From Nanobdellota archaeon (lineage in GTDB: Archaea > Nanobdellota > Nanobdellia > Nanobdellales > Nanobdellaceae), in the NCBI GenBank assembly GCA_042850255.1, contig AP031373.1, forward strand, positions 480,001-512,000: DNA of 32,000 nt, written 5' to 3'. This document shows positions 1 to 7,212 of this stretch, piece by piece. Below the pieces are notes generated by a model. That model ran no database searches, was not told where the DNA came from, and was given only the letters and a program-made list of their open reading frames with translations. The position numbers were made by a program, and so were the translations under genes. Positions within the stretch are counted from its first letter, which is position 1, and every line of letters starts with the position of its first letter.

Positions 1-9
1 GTAGTTTAT

Positions 10-948
10 ATGTCTTATGATATTATAGGAGATATTGCAGTAATTAAAAAACCATTAAAATATTCTGAAGAAGAATATGTAAAAAGGATTTTAGAAAAGC
101 ATAAATTTATAAAAACAATTTTACTACAAGAAACAGATGTTTTACCCCCTTATAGAGTTCCTAAATATAAAATATTATATGGAGAAAATAAAACAGAAAC
201 AATAAATATAGAATATGGATTAAAATTCAAAGTAGATGTTGTTAGATCATATTATTCTCCTAGATTAAGTAATGAAAGATATAGAATTGCAAAAGAAGTA
301 AAAGATGAAGAAGAAGTATTAGTAATGTTTTCTGGAGTAAATGTTTATTCAATATATATTTCAAAATTTTCTAAGGCAAAAATTATATATTCTATAGAAT
401 TAAATCCTTTTGCAGTAAAATATGGAATAGAAAATGTAAAATTGAATAAAGTAAATAATGTTGTAACATTATTAGGTGATGTAAAGGATGTATCTCAATA
501 TATAGGATATTTAGAGGATAAAGATGGAATAATAAAAAATAATGAAGAATATATAAGAGATTTAATAGATTCGGAATTAGAATTGAATAATTTATATATT
601 TATGAATATAATGAATTATTAAAAAATGTAAAATATAAGAATTTAAAATATATAAAAGAATTAGAAAATTTAGAAAAATTTAATAAAAAATTTGATAGAA
701 TTATAATGCCATTACCAAAAGAAAGTCATACATTTTTAGAATATGCAATACCATTAATTAAAAATAATGGTATTATTCATTTATATCAATTTTTTAAAGA
801 AGAAGAAATAATAAATAATTCTCATAAATTATTGGATGAATACAGTAAAAAATTAAATTTTGAGTATGAAATATTAAATATATTAAAAGTTGGTGATATA
901 GCTCCAGGTACTTATAGGGTATGCATAGATTTCAGAGTAAAACTTTAA
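10..948 (+). CDS. trm5: tRNA (guanine37-N1)-methyltransferase, Trm5/Met-10 family, with a lineage-specific internal insertion
   Basis: 312-aa ATG ORF. DIIGDIAVI at the N-terminus, YYSPRLSNERYRIA, MFSGVN...SIELNP (class I SAM-MTase core) and DRIIMPLP match the Trm5/Taw22 pattern as I remember it. Confidence 0.7.
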   Translation: MSYDIIGDIAVIKKPLKYSEEEYVKRILEKHKFIKTILLQETDVLPPYRVPKYKILYGENKTETINIEYGLKFKVDVVRSYYSPRLSNERYRIAKEVKDEEEVLVMFSGVNVYSIYISKFSKAKIIYSIELNPFAVKYGIENVKLNKVNNVVTLLGDVKDVSQYIGYLEDKDGIIKNNEEYIRDLIDSELELNNLYIYEYNELLKNVKYKNLKYIKELENLEKFNKKFDRIIMPLPKESHTFLEYAIPLIKNNGIIHLYQFFKEEEIINNSHKLLDEYSKKLNFEYEILNILKVGDIAPGTYRVCIDFRVKL

Positions 949-973
949 TATGTTAAAGTTATTATTTTAAAAA

Positions 974-1432
974 ATGAGATCTGACGCGTTTACAATATTA
1001 ATAATACTACTTGGTATAATTTTAGGTATAGTAGTATATTTGGTATTATTTGTACCACCAAGTGAAATAGCAAAATATCTGGGAGGAGGAAGTAATAAAA
1101 ATTTACCAGTGTCATTCAAAGTATCTTTGATGTATTATACATCAAATAGTATAGGTGCATTTATATATAATCAAGGTCCAGGTACTGTTTATTTAAATAA
1201 TATGAATGTTTATGCAGAATATTATCCATATGGGGGAAGTTATAATTGTAATATAACAGCTTCTAACTATACGTTAAGTCCTGATAGTCAAGTAAGTGTT
1301 ATAATAAATTGTGAAAATGAAAATCAAATAATAAGTAATCTATTTTCAAATAATGGATACTACATATTTTATTTCAATTATAAAAACTATGAACAAACAT
1401 ATAATTTGACAACTATAACTGCTCCAAAATAA
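974..1432 (+). CDS. hypothetical membrane-anchored protein with an N-terminal hydrophobic helix and an Asn/Tyr-rich beta-type domain; possibly pilin-like
   Basis: 152-aa ATG ORF. N-terminus MRSDAFTILIILLGIILGIVVYLVLF is followed by a polar N/Y/S-rich domain. It shares a PY..YNC motif with ORF 13499-14095. Confidence 0.5.
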   Translation: MRSDAFTILIILLGIILGIVVYLVLFVPPSEIAKYLGGGSNKNLPVSFKVSLMYYTSNSIGAFIYNQGPGTVYLNNMNVYAEYYPYGGSYNCNITASNYTLSPDSQVSVIINCENENQIISNLFSNNGYYIFYFNYKNYEQTYNLTTITAPK

Positions 1433-1590
1433 TTTTTGATTAATATTTTTAAAAATAAATATTAAGGGTAAATTTATATGAAGATTAATTATCCTTTATG
1501 ATTAGATTTTAAAGAACCATATTTAGAAGATAATAAATGGATTTGTCCTTATTGTAATGAAAAATTTGGTAATAAAAACTTTTTTTAAAT

Positions 1591-1628
1591 TATCCATAAG
1601 ATAATTGTATTATAATTTCTTATGGATA
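1591..1628. terminator. perfect 11-bp stem hairpin between convergent genes, preceded by a T7 run
   Basis: tatccataaga (1591-1601) pairs with tcttatggata (1618-1628) across a 16-nt loop. ttttttt lies at 1580-1586. It sits between the 3' ends of 974-1432(+) and 1657-1986(-). Confidence 0.25.
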
Positions 1629-1656
1629 TTTTATAATAAAAATTTAATGTTATTGA

Positions 1657-1986
1657 TTATTTTATGCTTTCTTGTTTAAATCTACGCTTTCGATATAGAT
1701 AGACTCCAATAATAAATGGTATTAATCCTAACCACATTAAGAATAAGGCTAGTAAGTATACTATTATCCAATCTTTTTTAGAAACTTTTTCTAATTTTTC
1801 ATAAAAATCAATCATCACTAGCATAGTTAAGAATAATGCCGTACCTAAGAATATTATTAGAAAGAAAATTATTTCCAATATATAAGATCCTAAGAAATTA
1901 TTGGATAAGCCTATCCACATGAATATCATAACTGCTAAAAATTCTAATATGCTTCCTAAAAGTAATTTTTTAGATATTGGCTTCAT
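1657..1986 (-). CDS. hypothetical small integral membrane protein
   Basis: 109-aa ATG ORF with about 3-4 hydrophobic helices. No family recognised. Confidence 0.5.
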   Translation of the reverse strand: MKPISKKLLLGSILEFLAVMIFMWIGLSNNFLGSYILEIIFFLIIFLGTALFLTMLVMIDFYEKLEKVSKKDWIIVYLLALFLMWLGLIPFIIGVYLYRKRRFKQESIK

Positions 1987-2106
1987 TTAAGTATTATTTT
2001 GATAGTAAAATTTTTGATTTTTTATTTATGAATAATATAGGTTATATATGCTTTGTTTTCACAAAAAATATTCAAAACTTTAGTTTTTAGTATTTTTGAA
2101 CTAAAG

Positions 2107-2181
2107 CGGACCCGGGGGGATTCGAACCCCCGACCTACGGCTTAGAAGGCCGTCGCTCTATCCATGCTGAGCTACGGGTCC
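2107..2181 (-). tRNA. tRNA-Arg (anticodon UCU)
   Basis: The minus strand reads GGACCCG-TA-GCTC-AGCATGGATA-GAGC-G-ACGGC-CTTCTAA-GCCGT-AGGTC-GGGGG-TTCGAAT-CCCCC-CGGGTCC-G. This is a full cloverleaf with a GTTCGAATC T-loop and a CU-UCU-AA anticodon loop. No CCA is encoded. It is a G+C-rich island in AT-rich DNA. Confidence 0.93.
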
Positions 2182-2206
2182 AATAATATCTTTTTTATTA
2201 TATCTA

Positions 2207-2213
2207 TTATAAA
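2207..2213 (-). promoter_or_regulatory. putative TATA box for tRNA-Arg
   Basis: The minus strand has TTTATAAT about 25-32 nt upstream of the mature tRNA 5' end. The same geometry occurs at tRNA-Pro. Specificity is low in DNA this AT-rich. Confidence 0.3.
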
Positions 2214-2217
2214 CTTA

Positions 2218-2267
2218 TCTGCATATCGATGTTTCATCATATCTTCAGTAATGCCTTGCCTCTTCAT
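2218..2267 (-). ncRNA. candidate archaeal box C/D sRNA (2'-O-methylation guide) with non-consensus terminal boxes
   Basis: The minus strand reads ATGAAGA(C-like)-GGCAAGGCATTA(12 nt)-CTGA(D')-AGAT-ATGATGA(C')-AACATCGATATG(12 nt)-CAGA(D-like). The spacing matches the canonical 12-nt-guide archaeal architecture. It is relatively G+C-rich and intergenic. Confidence 0.5.
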
Positions 2268-2408
2268 TATTTAATACTAATTTTATATAATCTTAAAAGA
2301 TAAATTATTTATAATAATTTTTTAAAATTAAAAGAAAGAAAGTTAAATTTATTGTATTTTTTATAGATTTAGTTAAAATCTTTTAAATATAAAGACAAAT
2401 TGGACAAT

Positions 2409-2687
2409 TTATAAAAGATGTAGAACAATTATTATAATTAATATTATACTAATTACTATAGAAATTGCTACTATAAAATCTGATAAAAAATAAAGAACAA
2501 TACCAATTATTAATAATATTACTCCTAAATTAATTATAAATAATGGAAAACCTGCTATTAAAGTAATAATAATCAATACTAAAAATAATAATCCTAATTT
2601 TATTTCTTTAATCATGCTAAATGTTAATAATGCAAATGCTATAATAGTAAAGAATTCTAATGTTGATAAAGTTGGTAATATGATCAT
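2409..2687 (-). CDS. hypothetical small integral membrane protein
   Basis: 92-aa ATG ORF that is almost entirely hydrophobic (I/L/F-rich helices). Confidence 0.4.
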   Translation of the reverse strand: MIILPTLSTLEFFTIIAFALLTFSMIKEIKLGLLFLVLIIITLIAGFPLFIINLGVILLIIGIVLYFLSDFIVAISIVISIILIIIIVLHLL

Positions 2688-2739
2688 AAAAATCTATTAT
2701 TAAATAACTTTAAAAATGTTGTTATTTAATAGTAGCAAA

Positions 2740-2967
2740 TTATTTTAAAAATGATATATCTGTAAAAATTCCTTCAGCAATCAAATCTGCAGCTAATTGT
2801 TCTAAAGATACTATTTTATATCCTTGTAATATAAAACTTCCATATTTAATATGATTATCGTATAATATAATTTTTATTCTCCCAGTTCTTTTCTTTTTAA
2901 ACTCCTTTAATAGTTCTAAATATAGTTCTTTATCAAAAATATAAACCCATAAATTATTTCCTGAACT
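2740..2967 (-). other. 75-codon open frame continuing in phase past the TAA of ORF 2968-3297; a pseudogene half or readthrough extension
   Basis: Directly after the TAA at 2968-2970 the same frame stays open: SSGNNLWVYIFDKELYLELLKEFKKKRTGRIKIILYDNHIKYGSFILQGYKIVSLEQLAADLIAEGIFTDISFLK, then a stop at 2740-2742. It contains no ATG. An open run this long is unlikely by chance in DNA this AT-rich. Confidence 0.45.
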
Positions 2968-3297
2968 TTAATTATATATTAAATTTTCTAAAAATTGTCT
3001 AGAAATTACGTAGTCTTTTTTACTTAATTCAGATAAAAAATCTTCTAAAAATAAAGTATCTGTTAAAAAATAATTTACTCTTTTTAAAATTTCTCTTTTT
3101 TCTATACCCAAAAATCTAATAAATTCTTCTAAATCTATTATCTCTATTTCACCATCTTTTAAAACTAAATTATTTCTTGCTAATTTATTAATTATTTTTG
3201 ATACATAAGATTTCGATGTATTAGATTCTTTAACTAAATCATTAAATGATATTTTTCTTTTAATCCCTAATACTCTATATATTTTCTCTTTTTCCAT
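2968..3297 (-). CDS. winged-helix DNA-binding protein, probably the N-terminal part of a gene disrupted by an in-frame stop
   Basis: 109-aa ATG ORF. ISFNDLVKESNTSKSYVSKIINKLARNNLV looks like an HTH recognition segment. It is divergent from the hsdM operon. Confidence 0.5.
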   Translation of the reverse strand: MEKEKIYRVLGIKRKISFNDLVKESNTSKSYVSKIINKLARNNLVLKDGEIEIIDLEEFIRFLGIEKREILKRVNYFLTDTLFLEDFLSELSKKDYVISRQFLENLIYN

Positions 3298-3417
3298 ATA
3301 TTTACTTGTTTACTGATATTTATAGATAAAAGTGAATAAGGAAACTACATATTAAGGGTTCTAAGAATTTTGTTTATAAATTTTCAATATATAAGTTTTT
3401 TTAAAATCATAAATATT

Positions 3418-5130
3418 ATGAATAATACTAATTCTGTATATAATAAACTTCTACAACAATTTGGAGATAAAGAATTTTCTATTAATGATATATTAAATAA
3501 AAAAATATTTGGAGATAATGAAAAAGATATTTTAGAAATATTAAATAAATTAAAAGAAAAAGGTTTATTAATTTTTGATAAAGAAAAAAATAAGTATAAA
3601 TTATTAATAAAATCTTTTGCAAATTATTCTAATTTAAAATCATCATTAAAGAAAGCTGCCGATTTAGTAAGAAACATGTCAGATGGTTATAAAATCCTTT
3701 TAGTTTTATTATTTTACAAAGCATTTAGTGATATATGGAAGAAAGAATATATTGAAGCAAAAGATCAATTAATAAAACAAGGTTTGCCCGAAAAGGATGC
3801 AGAAAAATTATCTAAATTAGAAGGATATCATATTATTAATATACCAGAAGAATATTTATGGGAAAATATATTAAGAACTAGAGAAGGATTAATTGAAAAA
3901 CTTATAAAAGCATTAAGAACTATTTCGGAGAGAAATCTAAAATTATCAGATTCTATTAATAGATTATTAAGATATATAGAAGATTTAAGAAATAAAGAAG
4001 GTTCTGACTTACTTATAAGACAAGCCATGGAAGTATTTAATAATATAGATTTTTCAAATTTAGATTTTGATGCTTTGGGATATGCATATGAATGGTTAAT
4101 AGAACAATTTATGCCAGCTCAGAAGAAGGCAGGAGAATTATTTACTCCTAGAGAAGTTATAGAAGTTTTAGTTAGAATATTAGATCCTTCTAAAGAAAGG
4201 AGGAAAATATTAGATCCGGCTGCAGGATCTGGTGGTATGTTAATAGAAGTATATAAATATGTTAGAAATAATTATGGAGAAGATGTTGCAAAAGAATTAA
4301 TATTAGTTGGACAGGAAATTAATGATGATACATATGCAATATTAGAATTAAATTTTCTTTTACATGGTATAGAATTGGGAAAAAATGTAAAATTATATAG
4401 AGGAGATTCTATATTAAATCCAGGATTTAAAAATGATGGACCATTTGATATTATTATATTTAATCCACCATGGAATGATGATAGATATAATGAAGAAGTT
4501 TTAAAAAAATCTGCAATAAAAGAAATATTTGATAAATATGGATTTCCCCCAAAAACCTCTGCAGATTGGGCTTGGATATTGTTATCATTAAATTACGTAA
4601 ATGATAATGGAAAAGTTGGTATTGTTATAGATAATGGAACTTTATTTAGAGGTGGTAGAGAAAAAACTATAAGAAGTAAAATAATTGAAAATGATTGGGT
4701 AGAGTGTGTAATATTATTACCAGATAAGTTATTTTATAATACTGGAGCACCAGGTGCTATAATAATTTTTAATAAGAATAAACCTGAAAATAGGAAAAAG
4801 AAAATATTATTTATAAATGCTTCCAATTATTATGAAAATCATCCAGATATAAAGAAAATGAATAAATTAAGTAGAGAGGGAATAGAGAAAATTGTAGAAG
4901 TTTATAAAGAATGGAAAGAAATACCAGAATTTTCTAAAACAGTTTCTATAGAAGAAGTAATTAAAAATGATTATAGTTTAAATGTTACTTTATATGTATA
5001 TAATAATTTACAAAATGAAGAAATAAATATAAAAGAAGTATGGGAAGAATTAGAAAAAGTTAATAAAGAATTGAACGAATTGGAAGGAAAAATAAATGAA
5101 TGGATAAATGAAATTACTAAAATAATATAA
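3418..5130 (+). CDS. hsdM: type I restriction-modification system, methyltransferase subunit HsdM (N6-adenine), with an N-terminal winged-helix-like extension
   Basis: HsdM N-domain pattern LKKAADLVRNMSDGYKILLVLLFYKAFSD; FTPREV; SAM motif ILDPAAGSGGML; catalytic NPPW. The track ORF starts at a TTG (3370). The first ATG is at 3418. Confidence 0.9.
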   Translation: MNNTNSVYNKLLQQFGDKEFSINDILNKKIFGDNEKDILEILNKLKEKGLLIFDKEKNKYKLLIKSFANYSNLKSSLKKAADLVRNMSDGYKILLVLLFYKAFSDIWKKEYIEAKDQLIKQGLPEKDAEKLSKLEGYHIINIPEEYLWENILRTREGLIEKLIKALRTISERNLKLSDSINRLLRYIEDLRNKEGSDLLIRQAMEVFNNIDFSNLDFDALGYAYEWLIEQFMPAQKKAGELFTPREVIEVLVRILDPSKERRKILDPAAGSGGMLIEVYKYVRNNYGEDVAKELILVGQEINDDTYAILELNFLLHGIELGKNVKLYRGDSILNPGFKNDGPFDIIIFNPPWNDDRYNEEVLKKSAIKEIFDKYGFPPKTSADWAWILLSLNYVNDNGKVGIVIDNGTLFRGGREKTIRSKIIENDWVECVILLPDKLFYNTGAPGAIIIFNKNKPENRKKKILFINASNYYENHPDIKKMNKLSREGIEKIVEVYKEWKEIPEFSKTVSIEEVIKNDYSLNVTLYVYNNLQNEEINIKEVWEELEKVNKELNELEGKINEWINEITKII

Positions 5131-5132
5131 AG

Positions 5133-5876
5133 ATGATTAATTATAAAATAAAAGATCTAAAATATAATGAAAACTGGAGATATGATCCGGAGTTTAAGAT
5201 ATTTATAGATTCTAATATTTTAGTAGATGGATCACTTAATAATTTTAGGTTTAAATCTTATAAAAAATTATTTGATGATCTATTTATAAAATCTAAGTTT
5301 ATTATCCTTGAAACTAATGTCATTAATATAGTCGAAGCAATTAAGATTCTTATGGACAAAGCAAAAGTTCATTTTTTTATAGATGAATTTGCTCATAATG
5401 TAAATGAACTAAAACATTTACCAGAAAAATATAGAAATTTTATTAATAAGTATTATAATGATATAAGAGAATCATATGGAAAACTATATATTAATAAGCT
5501 CGAAAAGTTTTTAAATTCATACAGAATCTCTGTAATTGATAATGTCAAAATAATATATAAGGATGAAGGTATTTCAGAAAATTGTCAATTTTTGTTAGAA
5601 GACGATGGTTTACTAAATCTCTTTATAATATATGATAAAAGAATAGAATATAATGATTTTATAAGTTTGGCTACTGCTAATCAATTAAAAGACAATATAT
5701 TCATTACTACTGATAACAGATTAGCTGATTCAGTAAAAGATTATAGAATAAATCATTCGAATAATTTTCGATATGTATATTCGCTTGCAGATAGAGGACA
5801 TATAGAAGATCTATTAAAAGATTTAATGAATTGGGGAATAATCGAGAATTATAAAATAGAAGATATCAGACAGTAG
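5133..5876 (+). CDS. PIN-domain-like putative nuclease embedded in the type I R-M operon
   Basis: 247-aa ATG ORF starting 3 nt after hsdM. The acidic motifs appear in PIN/VapC order: KIFIDSNILV, FIILETNV..VE, NDFISLATANQL, NIFITTDNRLA. A large insertion lies between the second and third motifs. Confidence 0.5.
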   Translation: MINYKIKDLKYNENWRYDPEFKIFIDSNILVDGSLNNFRFKSYKKLFDDLFIKSKFIILETNVINIVEAIKILMDKAKVHFFIDEFAHNVNELKHLPEKYRNFINKYYNDIRESYGKLYINKLEKFLNSYRISVIDNVKIIYKDEGISENCQFLLEDDGLLNLFIIYDKRIEYNDFISLATANQLKDNIFITTDNRLADSVKDYRINHSNNFRYVYSLADRGHIEDLLKDLMNWGIIENYKIEDIRQ

Positions 5877-5877
5877 C

Positions 5878-7212
5878 ATGTTAAATAAATTAGTTTTCTA
5901 TAAGGAGATAAAATTTAAAGATATTCCAGAATTAGGAATAAAAATTCCTGAAGATTGGAGAATTAAAAGATTAGTAGAAATATGCTCAAAAATAAGAGCA
6001 GGAGGCACACCTAAAAGAGAAGTTTCAGAATATTGGGGAGGAAGTATACCATTTGTAAAAATAGAAGACATAACTAAAAGTGGCAAATATCTTTATAAAA
6101 CGGAAGAGACAATTACAGAGTTAGGTATAAAAAATTCGAATGCTTGGATGATACCAAAAAATTCTCTACTTTTAGCTATGTATGGTAGCTTAGGAGAAAT
6201 TTCTATAAATAAAATTGAAGTAGCTACGAATCAAGCTATTTTGGGGATTATTCCAAATCCAAATAAAATATATCTAGAATATTTATATTATTGGTACCTA
6301 TTTTTTAAGCCTAATTGGAAAAAATATGCTAAACCTACAACTCAAGCCAATTTGACAGCCGAAATCGTCAAAAATTCTTTGATTCCTCTTCCTCCTCTCG
6401 AAGAACAAAAAGCTATTGCAGAAATATTAAGTACTATAGATAAAACAATCGAAAAGATTCAAGAGAATATCGAAAAAACTGAAAAATTAAAAAAAAGTTT
6501 AATGCAAAAATTGTTAACGGGAGAAATAATAGTTAAAGAAGAAAATGGAAAATATATATTTTATAAGGAGATAAAATTTAAAGATATTCCAGAATTAGGA
6601 ATAAAAATTCCTGAAGATTGGAGAATTAAAAGATTAGATGATAATGAAATTTCTTTAAATATAAGATCAGGAACTACGCCATCTAAAAGAAAAGAATCAT
6701 ATTGGAATGGAAATATTTTATTTGTTACAATTAGCGATATGACTAAAACAAATAAATACCTTATAGATACAGAAAATAAGATAACAGAACTAGCTCTGAA
6801 AGAATCTAAAGTACTTTTAATTCCAGAAGAAAATATACTTCTATCTATGTATGGAACTATAGGGAAAGTAGTTATTAATAAGAAACCAGTAGCTATAAGT
6901 CAGAATATTGCTGGTATTATAGTAAATAAGCAATATGTGGATATTAATTACTTATTCTATGCTTTAAAATATTATTCATATCAATTTGACCGAGCTAAGA
7001 TCATTACTTTAAAACATTTAGATATAAAAATCGTCAAAAATTCTTTGATTCCTCTTCCTCCTCTCGAAGAACAAAAAGCTATTGCAGAAATATTAAGTAC
7101 TATAGATAAAAAAATAGAACTATTAAAACAGAAAAAAGAATTATTAGAAATAATTAAAAAATGGTTTATGAAAAAATTGTTAGCAGGAGAAATAAGAGCA
7201 AAATATGGATGA
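5878..7212 (+). CDS. hsdS: type I restriction-modification system, specificity subunit HsdS (two target recognition domains)
   Basis: 444 aa in two tandem halves of about 221 aa. Each half has a TRD followed by the conserved IPLPPLEEQKAIAEILSTIDK helix typical of HsdS. Confidence 0.9.
   Translation: MLNKLVFYKEIKFKDIPELGIKIPEDWRIKRLVEICSKIRAGGTPKREVSEYWGGSIPFVKIEDITKSGKYLYKTEETITELGIKNSNAWMIPKNSLLLAMYGSLGEISINKIEVATNQAILGIIPNPNKIYLEYLYYWYLFFKPNWKKYAKPTTQANLTAEIVKNSLIPLPPLEEQKAIAEILSTIDKTIEKIQENIEKTEKLKKSLMQKLLTGEIIVKEENGKYIFYKEIKFKDIPELGIKIPEDWRIKRLDDNEISLNIRSGTTPSKRKESYWNGNILFVTISDMTKTNKYLIDTENKITELALKESKVLLIPEENILLSMYGTIGKVVINKKPVAISQNIAGIIVNKQYVDINYLFYALKYYSYQFDRAKIITLKHLDIKIVKNSLIPLPPLEEQKAIAEILSTIDKKIELLKQKKELLEIIKKWFMKKLLAGEIRAKYG
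5899..5974. repeat. 76-bp perfect direct repeat, copy 1 (start of TRD1)
   Basis: Identical to 6562-6637: tataaggagataaaatttaaagatattccagaattaggaataaaaattcctgaagattggagaattaaaagattag. Confidence 0.9.
6362..6445. repeat. 84-bp perfect direct repeat, copy 1 (conserved region after TRD1)
   Basis: Identical to 7028-7111: aaatcgtcaaaaattctttgattcctcttcctcctctcgaagaacaaaaagctattgcagaaatattaagtactatagataaaa. Confidence 0.9.
6562..6637. repeat. 76-bp perfect direct repeat, copy 2 (start of TRD2)
   Basis: Identical to 5899-5974, at an offset of 663 nt. Confidence 0.9.
7028..7111. repeat. 84-bp perfect direct repeat, copy 2 (conserved region after TRD2)
   Basis: Identical to 6362-6445, at an offset of 666 nt. 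Confidence 0.9.

Noticed and set aside
1499-1501. The in-frame TGA (here) and TAA (2968-2970) as evidence of stop-codon reassignment.
   Set aside because: TGA clearly terminates hsdS (7210-7212) and the arlD-like gene (17330-17332), both at coupled gene junctions. TAA terminates most genes here. Pseudogenisation or chance is more likely than recoding.
2074-2106. The hairpin ctttagtt...aactaaag plus T-runs just downstream of the tRNA-Arg 3' end, as a terminator.
   Set aside because: It is an 8-bp A/T-rich stem in DNA where such pairings arise readily by chance. Archaeal termination needs only oligo-T. It is not distinctive enough to call.
3301-3325. The direct repeat TTTACTtgTTTACT in the wHTH/hsdM divergent spacer, as a regulator binding site.
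   Set aside because: It is only a 6-nt unit repeated once in AT-rich DNA, and the window offers no independent support.
3370-3417. Long N-terminal extensions on track ORFs for hsdM (3370), eif6 (16534), the DHH gene (27103) and rpl31e (31431).
   Set aside because: These four track starts are TTG codons. In each case an ATG lies just upstream of the first conserved motif, and using it removes implausible overlaps with divergent neighbours. I used the ATG starts instead.
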